The notes: a model not told the origin generated them from the letters alone. 32,000 bases of DNA from an uncultured Erysipelotrichaceae bacterium (GCA_964401865.1 CAYNZZ010000004.1:1-32000); one strand, 5' to 3'. Counted from the stretch's first letter, positions 9,959-20,358 are shown. Numbers and translations: made by a program.

Positions 9959-10826
9959 CAACATTAAAGAAATCAATATCCAAAAAATGCTGGAAGATAA
10001 AAGTATTATTGATTTTTTAAGAAGCAATGGTCTATCACTGAATGTCATTAGAGATAATTATTTAATTTTTTTGAATTATTTAAAAAGTAAAGAAATATGT
10101 AATGGATGTAAAGGCATCAAGGAATGTAAACAACATATGTTGGGTCAATCATTAAAATTGGTATGTCTTAATCCTGAAAAGATCGTGATTAACGAACTTA
10201 AAAAGTGCGATTTTATGCTAAAGAAAGATGAACAAGAATCACATCAACAATATTTTGTCTATAATGATATATCAAAACAAAATAGAAATATTTTCTTTGA
10301 AGACGCATTTAAAACCTGCCAAGACAAGGTTTTATGTGCCGAATTAGCAAAGATATTGTCACATAAAGAGAAAAAAGGTATTTATCTATTTGGTGATTTT
10401 GGAGTAGGTAAGACATATATTTGTGCTAGTTTGATGAATTCTTTAGCTAGAAAAAAAGAAAATGTCGCTTTTGTAAAAGTTGGCAGTTTTGTTGATAAAA
10501 TGCGCAGCTTAACCATTAATGATAAAGATGCTTATGATGAACTTCTTAAAAACATTTCTAGAGTGACATATTTGGTTTTGGATGATATCGGAACCGAAGG
10601 TATTACATCTTTTTCAAGAGATGATGTTTTGTTCAACATCTTAGATTATCGAATGGAAAACCAATTAACGACTTTTTTTACATCAAACGCCGATATAGAA
10701 AAGCTTAGAAAAATTTATCAATTTGACAAATATAATAATGAGGACAATACTAGAGCGAATAGATTGATTGAAAGAATAGATAAATTATCTTATCAACATT
10801 GTTTAAAAGGCGAAAATCTTCGCTAA
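9951..10826 (+). CDS. dnaI: Primosomal protein DnaI (AAA+ helicase loader)
   Basis: N-terminal Cys cluster (CNGCKGIKECKQH), Walker A GDFGVGKTY and Walker B LVLDDIG. The start overlaps the dnaB stop. Confidence 0.88.
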   Translation: MTDNIKEINIQKMLEDKSIIDFLRSNGLSLNVIRDNYLIFLNYLKSKEICNGCKGIKECKQHMLGQSLKLVCLNPEKIVINELKKCDFMLKKDEQESHQQYFVYNDISKQNRNIFFEDAFKTCQDKVLCAELAKILSHKEKKGIYLFGDFGVGKTYICASLMNSLARKKENVAFVKVGSFVDKMRSLTINDKDAYDELLKNISRVTYLVLDDIGTEGITSFSRDDVLFNILDYRMENQLTTFFTSNADIEKLRKIYQFDKYNNEDNTRANRLIERIDKLSYQHCLKGENLR

Positions 10827-10847
10827 ATTATAGAAAGTAGGTAGATT

Positions 10848-11807
10848 ATGATTCGTAAAATCGGTATCTTAACTAGTGGAGGTGATGCTCCGGGAATGAA
10901 TGCGGCAATCCGTTCGGTTGCTAGAGTTGCTATGGCTAATGGTATTGAAGTAGCTGGTATTAAAGATGGATACAAAGGACTTGTGAATGGCGAGTTTGTC
11001 AATTTCACAAGAAGCAGTGTATCGGATATTTTGGCTCGCGGAGGTACAATACTCGGTACGGCTAGACTTCCAGAATTCAAAGATGAAGAAGTTCAGGATT
11101 TGGCTTGCCAAAAATTAAAAGACGCTAATATCGATGCTGTAGTTGTTATTGGTGGAGATGGTTCTTATAAGGGGGCACAGGCTCTAACTGATAAAGGAAT
11201 AAATTGTGTTGGTATTCCTGGAACAATTGACAATGATATTTCAGGAACTGATTTTACTATTGGTTTTGATACGGCATTAAATACCGTTGTTGAATGTGTT
11301 GATAGACTAAGAGATACATCGAGTTCACATCATCGCTGTTCGGTAATTGAAGTAATGGGTAACAGATGTGGTGATTTGGCTGTTTATTCGGGTATTTCTT
11401 GTGGAGCAGAGATTGTTGTAACATCAGAAACAGGTTATGATGAAGAAGCGATTATGGAAAAACTTAGATATCTAGATAGTCAAGGCAAGAATCATGCCAT
11501 TGTAATTATTTCTGAAAAGATTACCGATGTATCAACACTTGCCAAGAAAATATCTGACCATACTGGTTTTTCTGGTCGTGCAACAGTTTTAGGACATATT
11601 CAAAGAGGAGGAAGTCCAAGTCCTAATGACAGAGTCTTGGCTTCGATGATGGGTGAAAAAGCCGTTGACTTATTGGTGAGTGGAATTGGTGGGCATTGCG
11701 TTGCGACAGTTAAAGGAGATATCATTTCTCTTCCTATACACGATGCCTTGATGATGCCGAAATCTCAAAAAAGACATCTATATCGCTTATTCGATCGTTT
11801 AGTATAA
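10848..11807 (+). CDS. pfkA: ATP-dependent 6-phosphofructokinase
   Basis: IGILTSGGDAPGMNAAIR, VVIGGDGSY, GIPGTIDNDI and LGHIQRGGSPS motifs; 319 aa. Confidence 0.96.
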   Translation: MIRKIGILTSGGDAPGMNAAIRSVARVAMANGIEVAGIKDGYKGLVNGEFVNFTRSSVSDILARGGTILGTARLPEFKDEEVQDLACQKLKDANIDAVVVIGGDGSYKGAQALTDKGINCVGIPGTIDNDISGTDFTIGFDTALNTVVECVDRLRDTSSSHHRCSVIEVMGNRCGDLAVYSGISCGAEIVVTSETGYDEEAIMEKLRYLDSQGKNHAIVIISEKITDVSTLAKKISDHTGFSGRATVLGHIQRGGSPSPNDRVLASMMGEKAVDLLVSGIGGHCVATVKGDIISLPIHDALMMPKSQKRHLYRLFDRLV

Positions 11808-11816
11808 TAAAAAAAG

Positions 11817-11852
11817 AAGGTGTGACCTCAATAGATTTCACACCTTTATTTA
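11817..11852. terminator. Bidirectional intrinsic terminator between convergent pfkA and rnj
   Basis: Perfect 9-bp stem aaggtgtga (11817-11825) / tcacacctt (11838-11846). An A-run lies upstream and a T-rich tract downstream. Confidence 0.75.
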
Positions 11853-11854
11853 TT

Positions 11855-13621
11855 TTATTGTTCTTTACGTTTTACTGTCGCATCACGATGATTTAAGATA
11901 ACTGGAATAACGATAGGGTTACGGTTAGTCTTTTCATATAAGAACGGCTCTAAAGTATTTCTAATTGTATTTTTTAAATCGCCAAATGTAACACGTTGCT
12001 TCATCGCTAATTTTAATGCGTCATAGACGAGTAATTCAGATTCTTTCATTAAGCCTTGGTTTTCTTTAATGAAGACAAAACCCCTTGATACAATACTTGG
12101 TTTGCATAAGATAGAATTGGTTCGTGAATCTATACAAACAACTACAGCTACCATACCATTATCTGACAATATCTTGCGGTCTTTAATGACAGAAGTCGAT
12201 AAACCTGAAATGTCATTGCCATCTACATAAATAGAGTCTGTTTGAATACGTGTTTTGGCTCTTGTTACTTCGCCGTTTTTAAGAATTAAAGCATCGCCAT
12301 TCGAGCAGATAAAACAATTTTCTTTTGGTACACCTGTTTCAACGGCGGTGTCAGCGTGTAGTTTTAACATCTTATATTCACCATGCATGGGCATGAAGTA
12401 TTTAGGCTTTACAAGTTGAATCATCAGTTTCTGCTCTTCTTTAGAAGCGTGCCCTGTGGTATGCAAGGAACTAAGTGGCGTATTGACCAAAACCTTAGCA
12501 CCTACTCTAACTAATTGGTTAATAATTCCTGATACAGAAATTGCATTGCCAGGGATTGGATTAGAAGAGAATACAACGGTATCGCCAGGAATAATCTTGA
12601 CATATTTATGCGTTCCGTTAGCTATTCTGCTCAGTGCAGCTAGTGCTTCGCCTTGTGAGCCGGTACATACGATACATAATTCTTCAGCTTTAATTGAGTT
12701 GATTGATTCAGGTGAGATAAAAGTGCTAGGTTCAACATCGATTGTCTTCATCTTGAGTCCGATTTCAACGACATTTTCCATGCTTCTGCCAAACACGACC
12801 ACTTTTCTTCCGCAGTCTCTAGCTGACTTGATGATCTGAGCTAGACGATGAACATTAGATGCAAATGTCGAGACGATTAATCGCCCTTTGGTATTTTTAG
12901 TAATCTCTAATATTGAATCAGCTACTTTCTTTTCTGAAATTGAGAATCCTTCTACTTCAGAATTGGTTGAATCAGACATTAGAAGAGTTACACCAGTAGC
13001 TCCCATATAAGCCATTTTTTGATAGTCAGAATTTTGACCGATAGGCGTTAAATCGAATTTGAAATCTCCGGTTTCAACTATTCTACCATTTGGAGTATTA
13101 ATCAACACACCTAATGAATCAGGTATTGAGTGTACTGTATCAAAAAAACCTATTGTAAAGTGTTTGGTTTTGATGGAACTGTCGCCATTTATTTCGATTA
13201 TTTTAGTTTTAGAGATTTTTCTTCTTTCACTTAATTTCTTTTCAATTAATGCTTTTGCGAATCGAGGAGCATAAATCTTGTCTATACTGCATACCAATAA
13301 AAGAAAAGGAATACCACCGATATGATCCTCATGTCCATGTGTGATAATCAAGGCTTTTATTTTGTCCTTATTTTTTATTAGATGTGTATAATCAGGTATT
13401 ACATAATCAACCCCTAATAAATCATCATCAGGGAATTTTACTCCGGCATCAATGATTATTATTTCGTCATCGTGCTCAAAACAATACATATTTTTACCAA
13501 CTTCACCGAGTCCGCCTAAGGCATAGACTAAAGTATCGGTTTTGCTGTTGAAATTTTTATCATAAAAAACACTATTTGTCGCTTTTCGACGAGTTTTTTT
13601 AGCTTCTTCTTTTTTTTGCAT
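11855..13621 (-). CDS. rnj: Ribonuclease J
   Basis: 588 aa with the metallo-beta-lactamase motif ITHGHEDHIGG, a beta-CASP region and the RNase J C-terminal domain. An 8-nt homopolymer in its 5' end is in frame, which helps argue against assembly-wide homopolymer errors. Confidence 0.93.
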   Translation of the reverse strand: MQKKEEAKKTRRKATNSVFYDKNFNSKTDTLVYALGGLGEVGKNMYCFEHDDEIIIIDAGVKFPDDDLLGVDYVIPDYTHLIKNKDKIKALIITHGHEDHIGGIPFLLLVCSIDKIYAPRFAKALIEKKLSERRKISKTKIIEINGDSSIKTKHFTIGFFDTVHSIPDSLGVLINTPNGRIVETGDFKFDLTPIGQNSDYQKMAYMGATGVTLLMSDSTNSEVEGFSISEKKVADSILEITKNTKGRLIVSTFASNVHRLAQIIKSARDCGRKVVVFGRSMENVVEIGLKMKTIDVEPSTFISPESINSIKAEELCIVCTGSQGEALAALSRIANGTHKYVKIIPGDTVVFSSNPIPGNAISVSGIINQLVRVGAKVLVNTPLSSLHTTGHASKEEQKLMIQLVKPKYFMPMHGEYKMLKLHADTAVETGVPKENCFICSNGDALILKNGEVTRAKTRIQTDSIYVDGNDISGLSTSVIKDRKILSDNGMVAVVVCIDSRTNSILCKPSIVSRGFVFIKENQGLMKESELLVYDALKLAMKQRVTFGDLKNTIRNTLEPFLYEKTNRNPIVIPVILNHRDATVKRKEQ

Positions 13622-13709
13622 TACATACTCCTTTCTTGAGCTAAGAACCTATTAAAAAATAAATGATATTTTTGTATTTATTTATTATACTTTATCCTAT
13701 TTTATTTGA

Positions 13710-14270
13710 TTATTCAATGCAAATTGCATCAGGATCTTCAAAAAAAGGTTCGTCTTTATTTATGTGATCATAATAAAGAATTCCGTCAAAATGGTCGAGT
13801 TCGTGCTGAAGGACGATAGCTAAATAATCTTTAGCTTTTATGATAATCTCCTTATCCTCAAATAAGTCGTAGCCTTTCACTTTGATTCTGGCGTGGCGAT
13901 ATACATAACCACGATGATTTTCTGGAACCGATAAACATCCTTCACCACTTTTTAGATAGGCTTTTTCAATCGAATGCGAGATAATTTTCGGATTAGCTAA
14001 GGCAAATTTTTCTACTTCATTTCCTTCCTCGTCTTTTAAAACAATTGCCAACATTTTCTTGGCTATTCCGATTTGAATCGCTGCAATTCCCACGGCAGGT
14101 TGTAAGTTTTCCTTTTCGGCGATTTCATCAATTGTCGAATTATATACATATTCATAAAGTGATTTAAGAGTTTCTCTATCTTCGTCACTCAAAGGAAGCG
14201 TTACATTTTTAGATTTTTGACGAATCTCGTTATTGTCGTCTTTTACTATATTATCTGTATTTATTTTCAT
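13710..14270 (-). CDS. def: Peptide deformylase
   Basis: The three PDF motifs are present: GIAAIQIG, EGCLS and HELDH. Confidence 0.94.
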   Translation of the reverse strand: MKINTDNIVKDDNNEIRQKSKNVTLPLSDEDRETLKSLYEYVYNSTIDEIAEKENLQPAVGIAAIQIGIAKKMLAIVLKDEEGNEVEKFALANPKIISHSIEKAYLKSGEGCLSVPENHRGYVYRHARIKVKGYDLFEDKEIIIKAKDYLAIVLQHELDHFDGILYYDHINKDEPFFEDPDAICIE

Positions 14271-14328
14271 AGCATTTATTATATACTATATTTTCTTAAA
14301 AATTATAAGAATATGATAGAATGTTATT

Positions 14329-15525
14329 ATGTCAAATATGTCAAAAAAGAAGAAAAGATTTATTGTTTTTCCTGCTTATAGTGATAGATTGGTTTTAATC
14401 GGAACGATGTTTTTAGCGTTGTTTGGATGCTTTATGATAGCTAGCGCCGAAATGGGAAGCTCAGCTGGCAATTATTCCATTATCATTTCATCAGTAGTCA
14501 GGCAGTCAGCCTTTGTTTTGCTTGGGACAATAGCGATGATTATCTTTTCTCGTCGTTCGGTATTTGCGTTTAATGAACACTTCATCATTGATATAGGTTT
14601 TTGGGTGGTGTTAGGATTACTATTGATGACGCGTTTATTTGGTTCGGTAGGTGGAGCTTATGCGTGGATTAGATTTGGCAGCTATTCGATACAACCGTCA
14701 GAGTTTGCGAAAGTATATGTCATTGTCGCTTATGCGAAACTGCTCGGAAGAGATTATGGACCTGAGATAAATAAAAAGAACTTTATAAAACTTCTAGGGG
14801 CTTCGATTATATATGCTGTCATAATAGCTGTATATCAAAAAGATTTCGGTTCAGCCATAGTGCTGTTTGGTATCTCGTATGTCTTGTTAATGATAGTAAG
14901 CAGAAAAGAATTTAGAGTATATCAATTTCGTATGCTGATAATTCTGTTTGCGGTTATTGGATTGGCTTTATTCCTATTATCGCCTATGGGCACGTCAATT
15001 TTAGAAAATTTTGGCGGATATAAGGTTGGGCGTTTTTTATCGAGTGCCAATCCATTTAAATATCAGTATGATAGTGGATATCATTTAGTGATGTCGCTAG
15101 TATCGTTTGCGACCGGTGGTTTATTTGGTTTGGGATATGGGAAATCTATTCATAAATATATGAATTTCCCTAATCCTTCTAACGATTTTATCTTGCCGGT
15201 CATCGTAGAAGAAATGGGATTGGTATTTGGCTTTATTCCAATTTTAATTATGTATGGCATGGTGTTAGTTCCACTTGCAAGATATGCTTTGAAGACGACA
15301 AATATTAGAGAAAAGATAGTATTTGTTGGTACATTGATGTATTTTGTTTTACATTTCGCCTTAAATGTCGGAGGTGTTAGTGGTTTGATTCCTTTGACTG
15401 GTGTGCCTTTATTACTACTGTCATCAGGTGGTTCAAGTACTTTGGCATCAATGATGGCGATTGGAATAGCTGAATCAGAAATAGTGAGATATAGAAAAAA
15501 CAAATTACAATCAAGAGGTGAATGA
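14329..15525 (+). CDS. SEDS-family peptidoglycan glycosyltransferase (FtsW/RodA/SpoVE)
   Basis: 398 aa polytopic membrane protein with SEDS-type sequence (IQPSEFAKV, conserved C-terminal LPLTGVPLLLLSSGGSS). FtsW and RodA cannot be told apart by eye. Confidence 0.88.
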   Translation: MSNMSKKKKRFIVFPAYSDRLVLIGTMFLALFGCFMIASAEMGSSAGNYSIIISSVVRQSAFVLLGTIAMIIFSRRSVFAFNEHFIIDIGFWVVLGLLLMTRLFGSVGGAYAWIRFGSYSIQPSEFAKVYVIVAYAKLLGRDYGPEINKKNFIKLLGASIIYAVIIAVYQKDFGSAIVLFGISYVLLMIVSRKEFRVYQFRMLIILFAVIGLALFLLSPMGTSILENFGGYKVGRFLSSANPFKYQYDSGYHLVMSLVSFATGGLFGLGYGKSIHKYMNFPNPSNDFILPVIVEEMGLVFGFIPILIMYGMVLVPLARYALKTTNIREKIVFVGTLMYFVLHFALNVGGVSGLIPLTGVPLLLLSSGGSSTLASMMAIGIAESEIVRYRKNKLQSRGE

Positions 15526-16004
15526 TGAATAAAGCGATGTATCCAGGAACATTTGATCCAATTACTTATGGTCATTTAGATATAATCGAAAGAGCCAGTA
15601 AGATATATGATGAGTTGATAATCGCTATTATGCAAAATCCTCGTAAGGTCTGTACATTTTCAGTCAAAGAGAGAGTGAAAATGATTGAAAAATGTATTGG
15701 TGATTACAATAACATCAAGGTTTGTGTCGGAGAAGGTTTGACTGTTGATTTGGCTTCAAAACTAGGATGTAGGGTTTTACTAAGAGGTATTCGTGCGGTT
15801 GCTGATTATGAGTATGAATTGGGGCAAGCGACCTCTAATATGATGTTAAATAGCGATATTGAAACAGTTTTTTTAGTTTCTAAGCCCGAGTATTCTTTTT
15901 TATCATCATCAACAGCTAAAGAGGTCGCGATGTTTAAGGGCGATATCGATAGCTTTATACCTGAGTGCATAAGAGACGATGTTAAAAATAAGCTATGGAA
16001 ATAA
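15522..16004 (+). CDS. coaD: Phosphopantetheine adenylyltransferase
   Basis: YPGTFDPITYGHLDII (T/HxGH nucleotidyltransferase motif); 160 aa. The start overlaps the upstream stop (ATGATGA). Confidence 0.94.
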   Translation: MMNKAMYPGTFDPITYGHLDIIERASKIYDELIIAIMQNPRKVCTFSVKERVKMIEKCIGDYNNIKVCVGEGLTVDLASKLGCRVLLRGIRAVADYEYELGQATSNMMLNSDIETVFLVSKPEYSFLSSSTAKEVAMFKGDIDSFIPECIRDDVKNKLWK

Positions 16005-16166
16005 TTTCCTATGAGCGATTGAATTTATTGTATTTTGAATGTGCTTAGGTTTGTTGGCATTTATAATTCAACCGTTATGGAAAACTGAATAAATAAATCA
16101 CTGTTAATTGTCAGTAGATTTTATTATGCAGACTATGAATTGTATTCTATAAAATCTTATCTTTTT

Positions 16167-16200
16167 AAATAATGTAGTTTTGTATTTAACTACATTATTT
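16167..16200. terminator. Hairpin terminator between convergent coaD and the MFS gene
   Basis: Perfect 12-13 bp AT-rich stem aaataatgtagtt / aactacattattt with an 8-nt loop and T-rich 3' flank. Confidence 0.6.
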
Positions 16201-16204
16201 TATA

Positions 16205-17365
16205 TTAATGCTTTACTTTTTCTAACATTCTTTTATGCATTACTGTCATTAATATTAAGCTGATGAGTAAAAACAAAGGAAGAAGTGCGATATTGATATT
16301 ATTGGCAATAAGACCGAATATCGGTGGCATTAAAGCGGTTCCTACATATGCTGAAGCCATTTGAACACCGATGACTGCTTGTGACTTATCTTCGCCAAAA
16401 TTGTTTGGTGTAGAGTGGATAATAGATGGATAAATAGGAGCGCAACCTAGTCCAATGATAATTAAACCGAGAAGTGAAACAATGCTACTTAAAGGTAGAA
16501 CTATAAGTATTATTCCAATTAAAACTAGAATTTGACCAAGTCTAATCATCTTATTATCATCTAATTTAATTGAGATGAATCCGCTTACTAAACGCCCAAT
16601 AGTTATACCGATAAAGAATAATGAAGCATAAGAAGCGGCAATGTCATTAGCTATGTTTTCATGAAGCACTAAATAAGTACTTGCCCATAAACCAGTTGTC
16701 TGTTCTATTGCGCAATAGCAAAAGAAGGTAATCATGATTTCTTTTACGCCAGCTATGTTAATTATTTCTTTTAATGATAGAGGTTTTTGTGTACATTCTT
16801 CTTTTTCCTTATCATTTTTCTTCGTTTTCCAAAGAGGTAAACTGAATAATAAAACAGAAGTAATTATAAACTGAATAATCGAAATATATAGATAGCCTTT
16901 ATTCCAACTGTTTCCGCTGCTCAATGTATAACCCATAATATAAGGACCCAAAGAAGCTCCTACTCCCCACATACAGTGCAACCAATTCATATGTTTATTG
17001 GCGAAATGCAATGCTACATAGTTATTAAGAGAAGCGTCAACGCTTCCTGCTCCTAAGCCATAAGGGATAGCCCAAAGACATAATTCGAGATAAGAACGGC
17101 TGATCGAAAAGCCAAAAAGGGCGATAGCCGTCATTGCGACACTATATGCAGTTATAACACCAGTGCCAAAGCGTTTGGTCAATTTATCGCTTTGTAAACT
17201 AGAAACAACTGTACCGATAGCGATAATCATTGATATGATTCCTACATAAGATACAGGCACCGAAAATTCCCGATACATCATCGGCCAAGCTGAACCTAAT
17301 AACGAATCTGGTAAACCTAAACTGATGAAAGACAGATATATAATAATCAATAATATTTGAAACAT
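16205..17365 (-). CDS. MFS transporter
   Basis: 386 aa and about 12 hydrophobic segments. An MFS motif-A-like DKLTKRFG lies between the predicted TM2 and TM3. Divergent from an AraC regulator. Confidence 0.85.
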   Translation of the reverse strand: MFQILLIIIYLSFISLGLPDSLLGSAWPMMYREFSVPVSYVGIISMIIAIGTVVSSLQSDKLTKRFGTGVITAYSVAMTAIALFGFSISRSYLELCLWAIPYGLGAGSVDASLNNYVALHFANKHMNWLHCMWGVGASLGPYIMGYTLSSGNSWNKGYLYISIIQFIITSVLLFSLPLWKTKKNDKEKEECTQKPLSLKEIINIAGVKEIMITFFCYCAIEQTTGLWASTYLVLHENIANDIAASYASLFFIGITIGRLVSGFISIKLDDNKMIRLGQILVLIGIILIVLPLSSIVSLLGLIIIGLGCAPIYPSIIHSTPNNFGEDKSQAVIGVQMASAYVGTALMPPIFGLIANNINIALLPLFLLISLILMTVMHKRMLEKVKH

Positions 17366-17477
17366 TTACATACTCCTTTTCTTTATACTATAAGGATATA
17401 GTCATATTTGTATTGATACAATAAAATAATAGCCATATAATATAAAAAAATCGCCAAATAGAAAGAAAGAGATCGAT

Positions 17478-18371
17478 ATGATACTAAATGAATGTGGAGT
17501 TAGAGTTAATGATTCATTAAAAGAATTAAAGCCTCAAGGCACAATAGATTATCCCTGTAATGCATATTCATCTTTTCATTCTTGTCATCAAGAAGATGAT
17601 ATTCCTTGGCATTGGCATGAGGAGTTGGAAATCATTTACATAAGAACAGGACAAATGGAGATTATGGTTCCTTCTAAATCGTTGACTGTGAATGAAGGGG
17701 AAATGATAGTGATTAATTCAAATGTTCTTCATTATGGTAAATCAATCGCTGATACGCAAATTAATTCTTTTGTCTTTAGTACATCACTTATCAGTGGTGG
17801 TGAAAATTATATTTTTTATAAAAAATATATCAAACCGTTGTTGTCATTAAATAAGTTTGATTTTTTCAATATAAAAAAAGAAGATAATCAAGATATGATT
17901 GAACTATTTTTGAGGGCTTTCAAAGCGACAGATATTGAAGAAATAGGTTATGAATTTATTGTGAGAGAAAATTTATCCAAAATTGTAATGTATTTATATA
18001 AAGAACTATTTGATAATGATACATCATTTAAAAATGAAGATAATTTAGAAAATAAACGCGTTAAACAGATGCTTAAATACATTCATAAAAATTATGACGG
18101 CAATATTTCACTACATGACATTGCAGAATCGGCTAATATCAGTGAAAGGGAATGCTTGCGATGCTTTAAAAAGACTATTCAGTTATCACCGATTCAATAC
18201 TTATTGAAATATCGAATCATGCAGGGAGCTTCACTTCTTTTGAATGATGGCGGCAAAACAATATCTCAAATTGCAAACTTATGTGGTTTTAATAGTGCAA
18301 GTAATTTTTCTAAAACTTTTAGAAAATTATATAATTTGAGTCCAAAAGAATATCGAAATCATAGCAGATGA
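17478..18371 (+). CDS. AraC family transcriptional regulator (cupin sensor domain plus HTH)
   Basis: N-terminal cupin-like region (WHWHEELEIIYI..G). C-terminal double HTH (ISLHDIAESANISERECLRCFKK...ISQIANLCGFNSASNFSKTFRKLYNLSPKEYR). Confidence 0.9.
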   Translation: MILNECGVRVNDSLKELKPQGTIDYPCNAYSSFHSCHQEDDIPWHWHEELEIIYIRTGQMEIMVPSKSLTVNEGEMIVINSNVLHYGKSIADTQINSFVFSTSLISGGENYIFYKKYIKPLLSLNKFDFFNIKKEDNQDMIELFLRAFKATDIEEIGYEFIVRENLSKIVMYLYKELFDNDTSFKNEDNLENKRVKQMLKYIHKNYDGNISLHDIAESANISERECLRCFKKTIQLSPIQYLLKYRIMQGASLLLNDGGKTISQIANLCGFNSASNFSKTFRKLYNLSPKEYRNHSR

Positions 18372-18519
18372 TAAAACTCAAATGGCTTTGGGTCGATATT
18401 TTTTAATCACTTCGTAAACTAGAAAACACCGCATAACTTTGCAAAAATAGACAATGTAAAATTTATTCTTTTCATTATTAAATAGTATAATTAATCATAT
18501 AGAATTGAGGTTTTAAAAT

Positions 18520-18756
18520 ATGAGTTCAGAAAATAATAAAAAAAATAAAGAAAACAAAACTAATATAAGAATTATTCACAGCAAACAAGGTTCAAATAAT
18601 GGTGATATTTCTTTAGAAGAACTAATTAAGATTAAACAAAATAAAAGCAATACTAACAATGATAAAAATGGCTCAATAAATTATCGTGTGGGTGAAAATA
18701 CACGATATTTTTTATGTGTGTGGGTGGTCTATAAACTATTGTGTGGGTACAGGTAA
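18520..18756 (+). other. Small Asn/Lys-rich ORF whose 3' part is made of IS left-end sequence (probably an IS-interrupted or chimeric ORF)
   Basis: MSSENNKKNKENKTN...NDKN is followed from codon GGC (18670) by sequence belonging to the ISL3 terminal repeat. There is only a weak RBS. Low-complexity composition. Confidence 0.25.
18670..18748. repeat. Left-end repeat cluster of the ISL3 element (three GTGTGGGT cores)
   Basis: GTGTGGGT cores at 18686-18693, 18718-18725 and 18741-18748. The first is part of a small hairpin, atcgtgt...acacgat. Confidence 0.7.
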
Positions 18757-18825
18757 AAGAATAAAAAATACCCTTCTGTTGTATTATTAATCTGGTCGAA
18801 TAAATAAACAAACAAGAAGGGAGGA

Positions 18826-20177
18826 ATATATATTCCTATAGAAGATTTTATCATACATATCCTGAATGTAGATAAGGATGATATCGAAAGTTCTAAAGTC
18901 AGTATCAGTGGCAATGAAGTTATATATGAGATAAAACTTAAAAGAAAAGATATGTATTGTGATTACTGTCATGAAAAGATGATTGGTCATGGTGTAAAGA
19001 TTAGAAAAATATCACACCCTAATATCAGAGGATATAATGGAACCATATATTATAGTGCCAACAGATATATATATGCAAAAACTGTCATAAGACTAGATTT
19101 GAGAATAATCCTTTTACATTTAACGGATTCAATAATTCATATTCAAAGATAAGTGAGGTTATGAAATATCTGAAGAATCTCAATTATACCCTTGATATGA
19201 TATCCAAAGAACTCAATATATCCAAAACACATATTAATAACTATATCGATTCATATATAGTAGTACCTAAACTAAAACTGCCTGAATGGCTTGGAATAGA
19301 TGAAGTTCATTCTGATTCATTAACTTATAAAAATGCTTCTTATTTATGTGTTATTGTTGATGGTGAAAAGAGAACACTGTTTGATATTCTTGGTTCAAGA
19401 TCAAAAGATACATTAAGTAATTATTTCTCTAAGATAGATAAGAATGAAAGATTAAATGTCAGATATGTAACTATTGATATGTGGGAACCATATAAGGATA
19501 TAGCTTTAAAATACTTCCCTAACTGTATTATAGCCATTGATCCATTTCACTATATCAAACACTTATGTGATGACTTTGATAGATTAAGAATCAACCTTAT
19601 GCATCAGTGTGAATATGGAAGTCCATCATATTATCTATTAAAGACATGGAACTTTCTTTTTATAAAGGATGATATCAATCTTGATAATAAAAGGCAATAT
19701 AATCATGTATTCAAAACAGAACTAAACAGAAGAGATATATTCAATATCATGATAGATAACTTTCCTTTATTATATGAAGCATATTTACTTAAGGAAGAGT
19801 TTAGAGATATGGTTAAAACCTGTGATTATAATGAAGCTAAATCCAGATTTGATGAAATACATAAAAAGTTTAATGAATCAGGTATCAGAGAATATGATGA
19901 ATTTATTGGAATACTTGATACATGGAAAAATGAGATACTTAATTCTTTTATTAATCCTTATGATAAACATAAGCTGTCAAATGCCCTTACTGAAAACATT
20001 AATGGCAAGATAGGACAGTACATCATTATTTCCAAAGGACTTATCAATTTTAAAAGATTCAGGAAAAGAGTACTATACGCACTTAATTCATCTGCTTATT
20101 TCTCTATTACTGATAAACTGAAAAGTGTTAAGTATGATAGACTTAAAAGAGGTCCTTATAATAAAGTAAAGACATAA
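18826..20177 (+). pseudogene. ISL3-family transposase, frameshifted in an (AT)5 run and lacking an ATG start
   Basis: The N-terminal part runs in frame 1 from about 18826 (...IEDFIIHILNVDKDD...KRKDMYCDYCHEKMIGHG...) with zinc-finger half CDYC. At (AT)5 19065-19074 the frame breaks. Removing one AT unit gives RYICKNCHKTRFENNPFTFNGFNNSYSKISEVMKYL..., restoring the second CxxC and joining to the 338-aa DDE body (19161-20177). GGGAGG is followed only by ATA/ATT codons. Confidence 0.8.
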
Positions 20178-20271
20178 TTACCATTAGATATTCGACCATA
20201 TAAAAAGACATGGATATTACTCATATTTGAGCTATATTCATGCCTTATTTAGCACATTTATCGTATAGTCT

Positions 20272-20328
20272 ACCTACACGATAGTTTATAGATGTATTTT
20301 ATTAACCCACACGATAGTTTACACTACC
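20272..20328. repeat. Right-end repeat cluster of the ISL3 element (two copies, inverted relative to the left end)
   Basis: acctacacgatagtttatagat (20272-20293) and acccacacgatagtttacactacc (20305-20328). Confidence 0.7.
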
Positions 20329-20358
20329 TTTAAATTTAATAAATACTAAAACGCTCAA

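Larger units (their letters stand above)
18670..20328 (+). mobile_element. ISL3-family insertion sequence (decayed copy)
   Basis: Terminal inverted repeats GGCTCAATAAATTATCGTGTGGGT (18670-18693) and ACCCACACGATAGTTTACACTACC (20305-20328, reverse complement GGTAGTGTAAACTATCGTGTGGGT). Subterminal second copies lie at 18726-18748 and 20272-20293. A further inverted 10-mer TGGTCGAATA / TATTCGACCA lies at 18793-18802 and 20189-20198. These flank an ISL3-type transposase. No clear 8-bp target duplication was seen. Confidence 0.75.

Noticed and set aside
396-15575. Other antisense or alternate-frame track ORFs inside core genes: 396..644, 1590..1961, 2485..2730, 3093..3275, 5584..5772, 6880..7074, 6978..7190, 10823..11080, 10869..11111, 12456..12839, 13059..13274, 15150..15575.
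   Set aside because: Each is fully embedded in, or antisense to, a long conserved gene (HIT, pnp, trmB, polA, pfkA, rnj, SEDS). None has an RBS or motif. Such frames are expected by chance at this base composition.
18729-18990. Two minus-strand ORFs (18729..18914 and 18787..18990) in the IS left end.
   Set aside because: They are antisense to the N-terminal part of the ISL3 transposase, with no RBS and no recognisable motifs.
19774-20013. 79-aa alternate-frame ORF inside the ISL3 transposase body.
   Set aside because: It lies on the same strand, out of frame, inside a well-supported DDE transposase frame. There is no evidence for overlapping coding.
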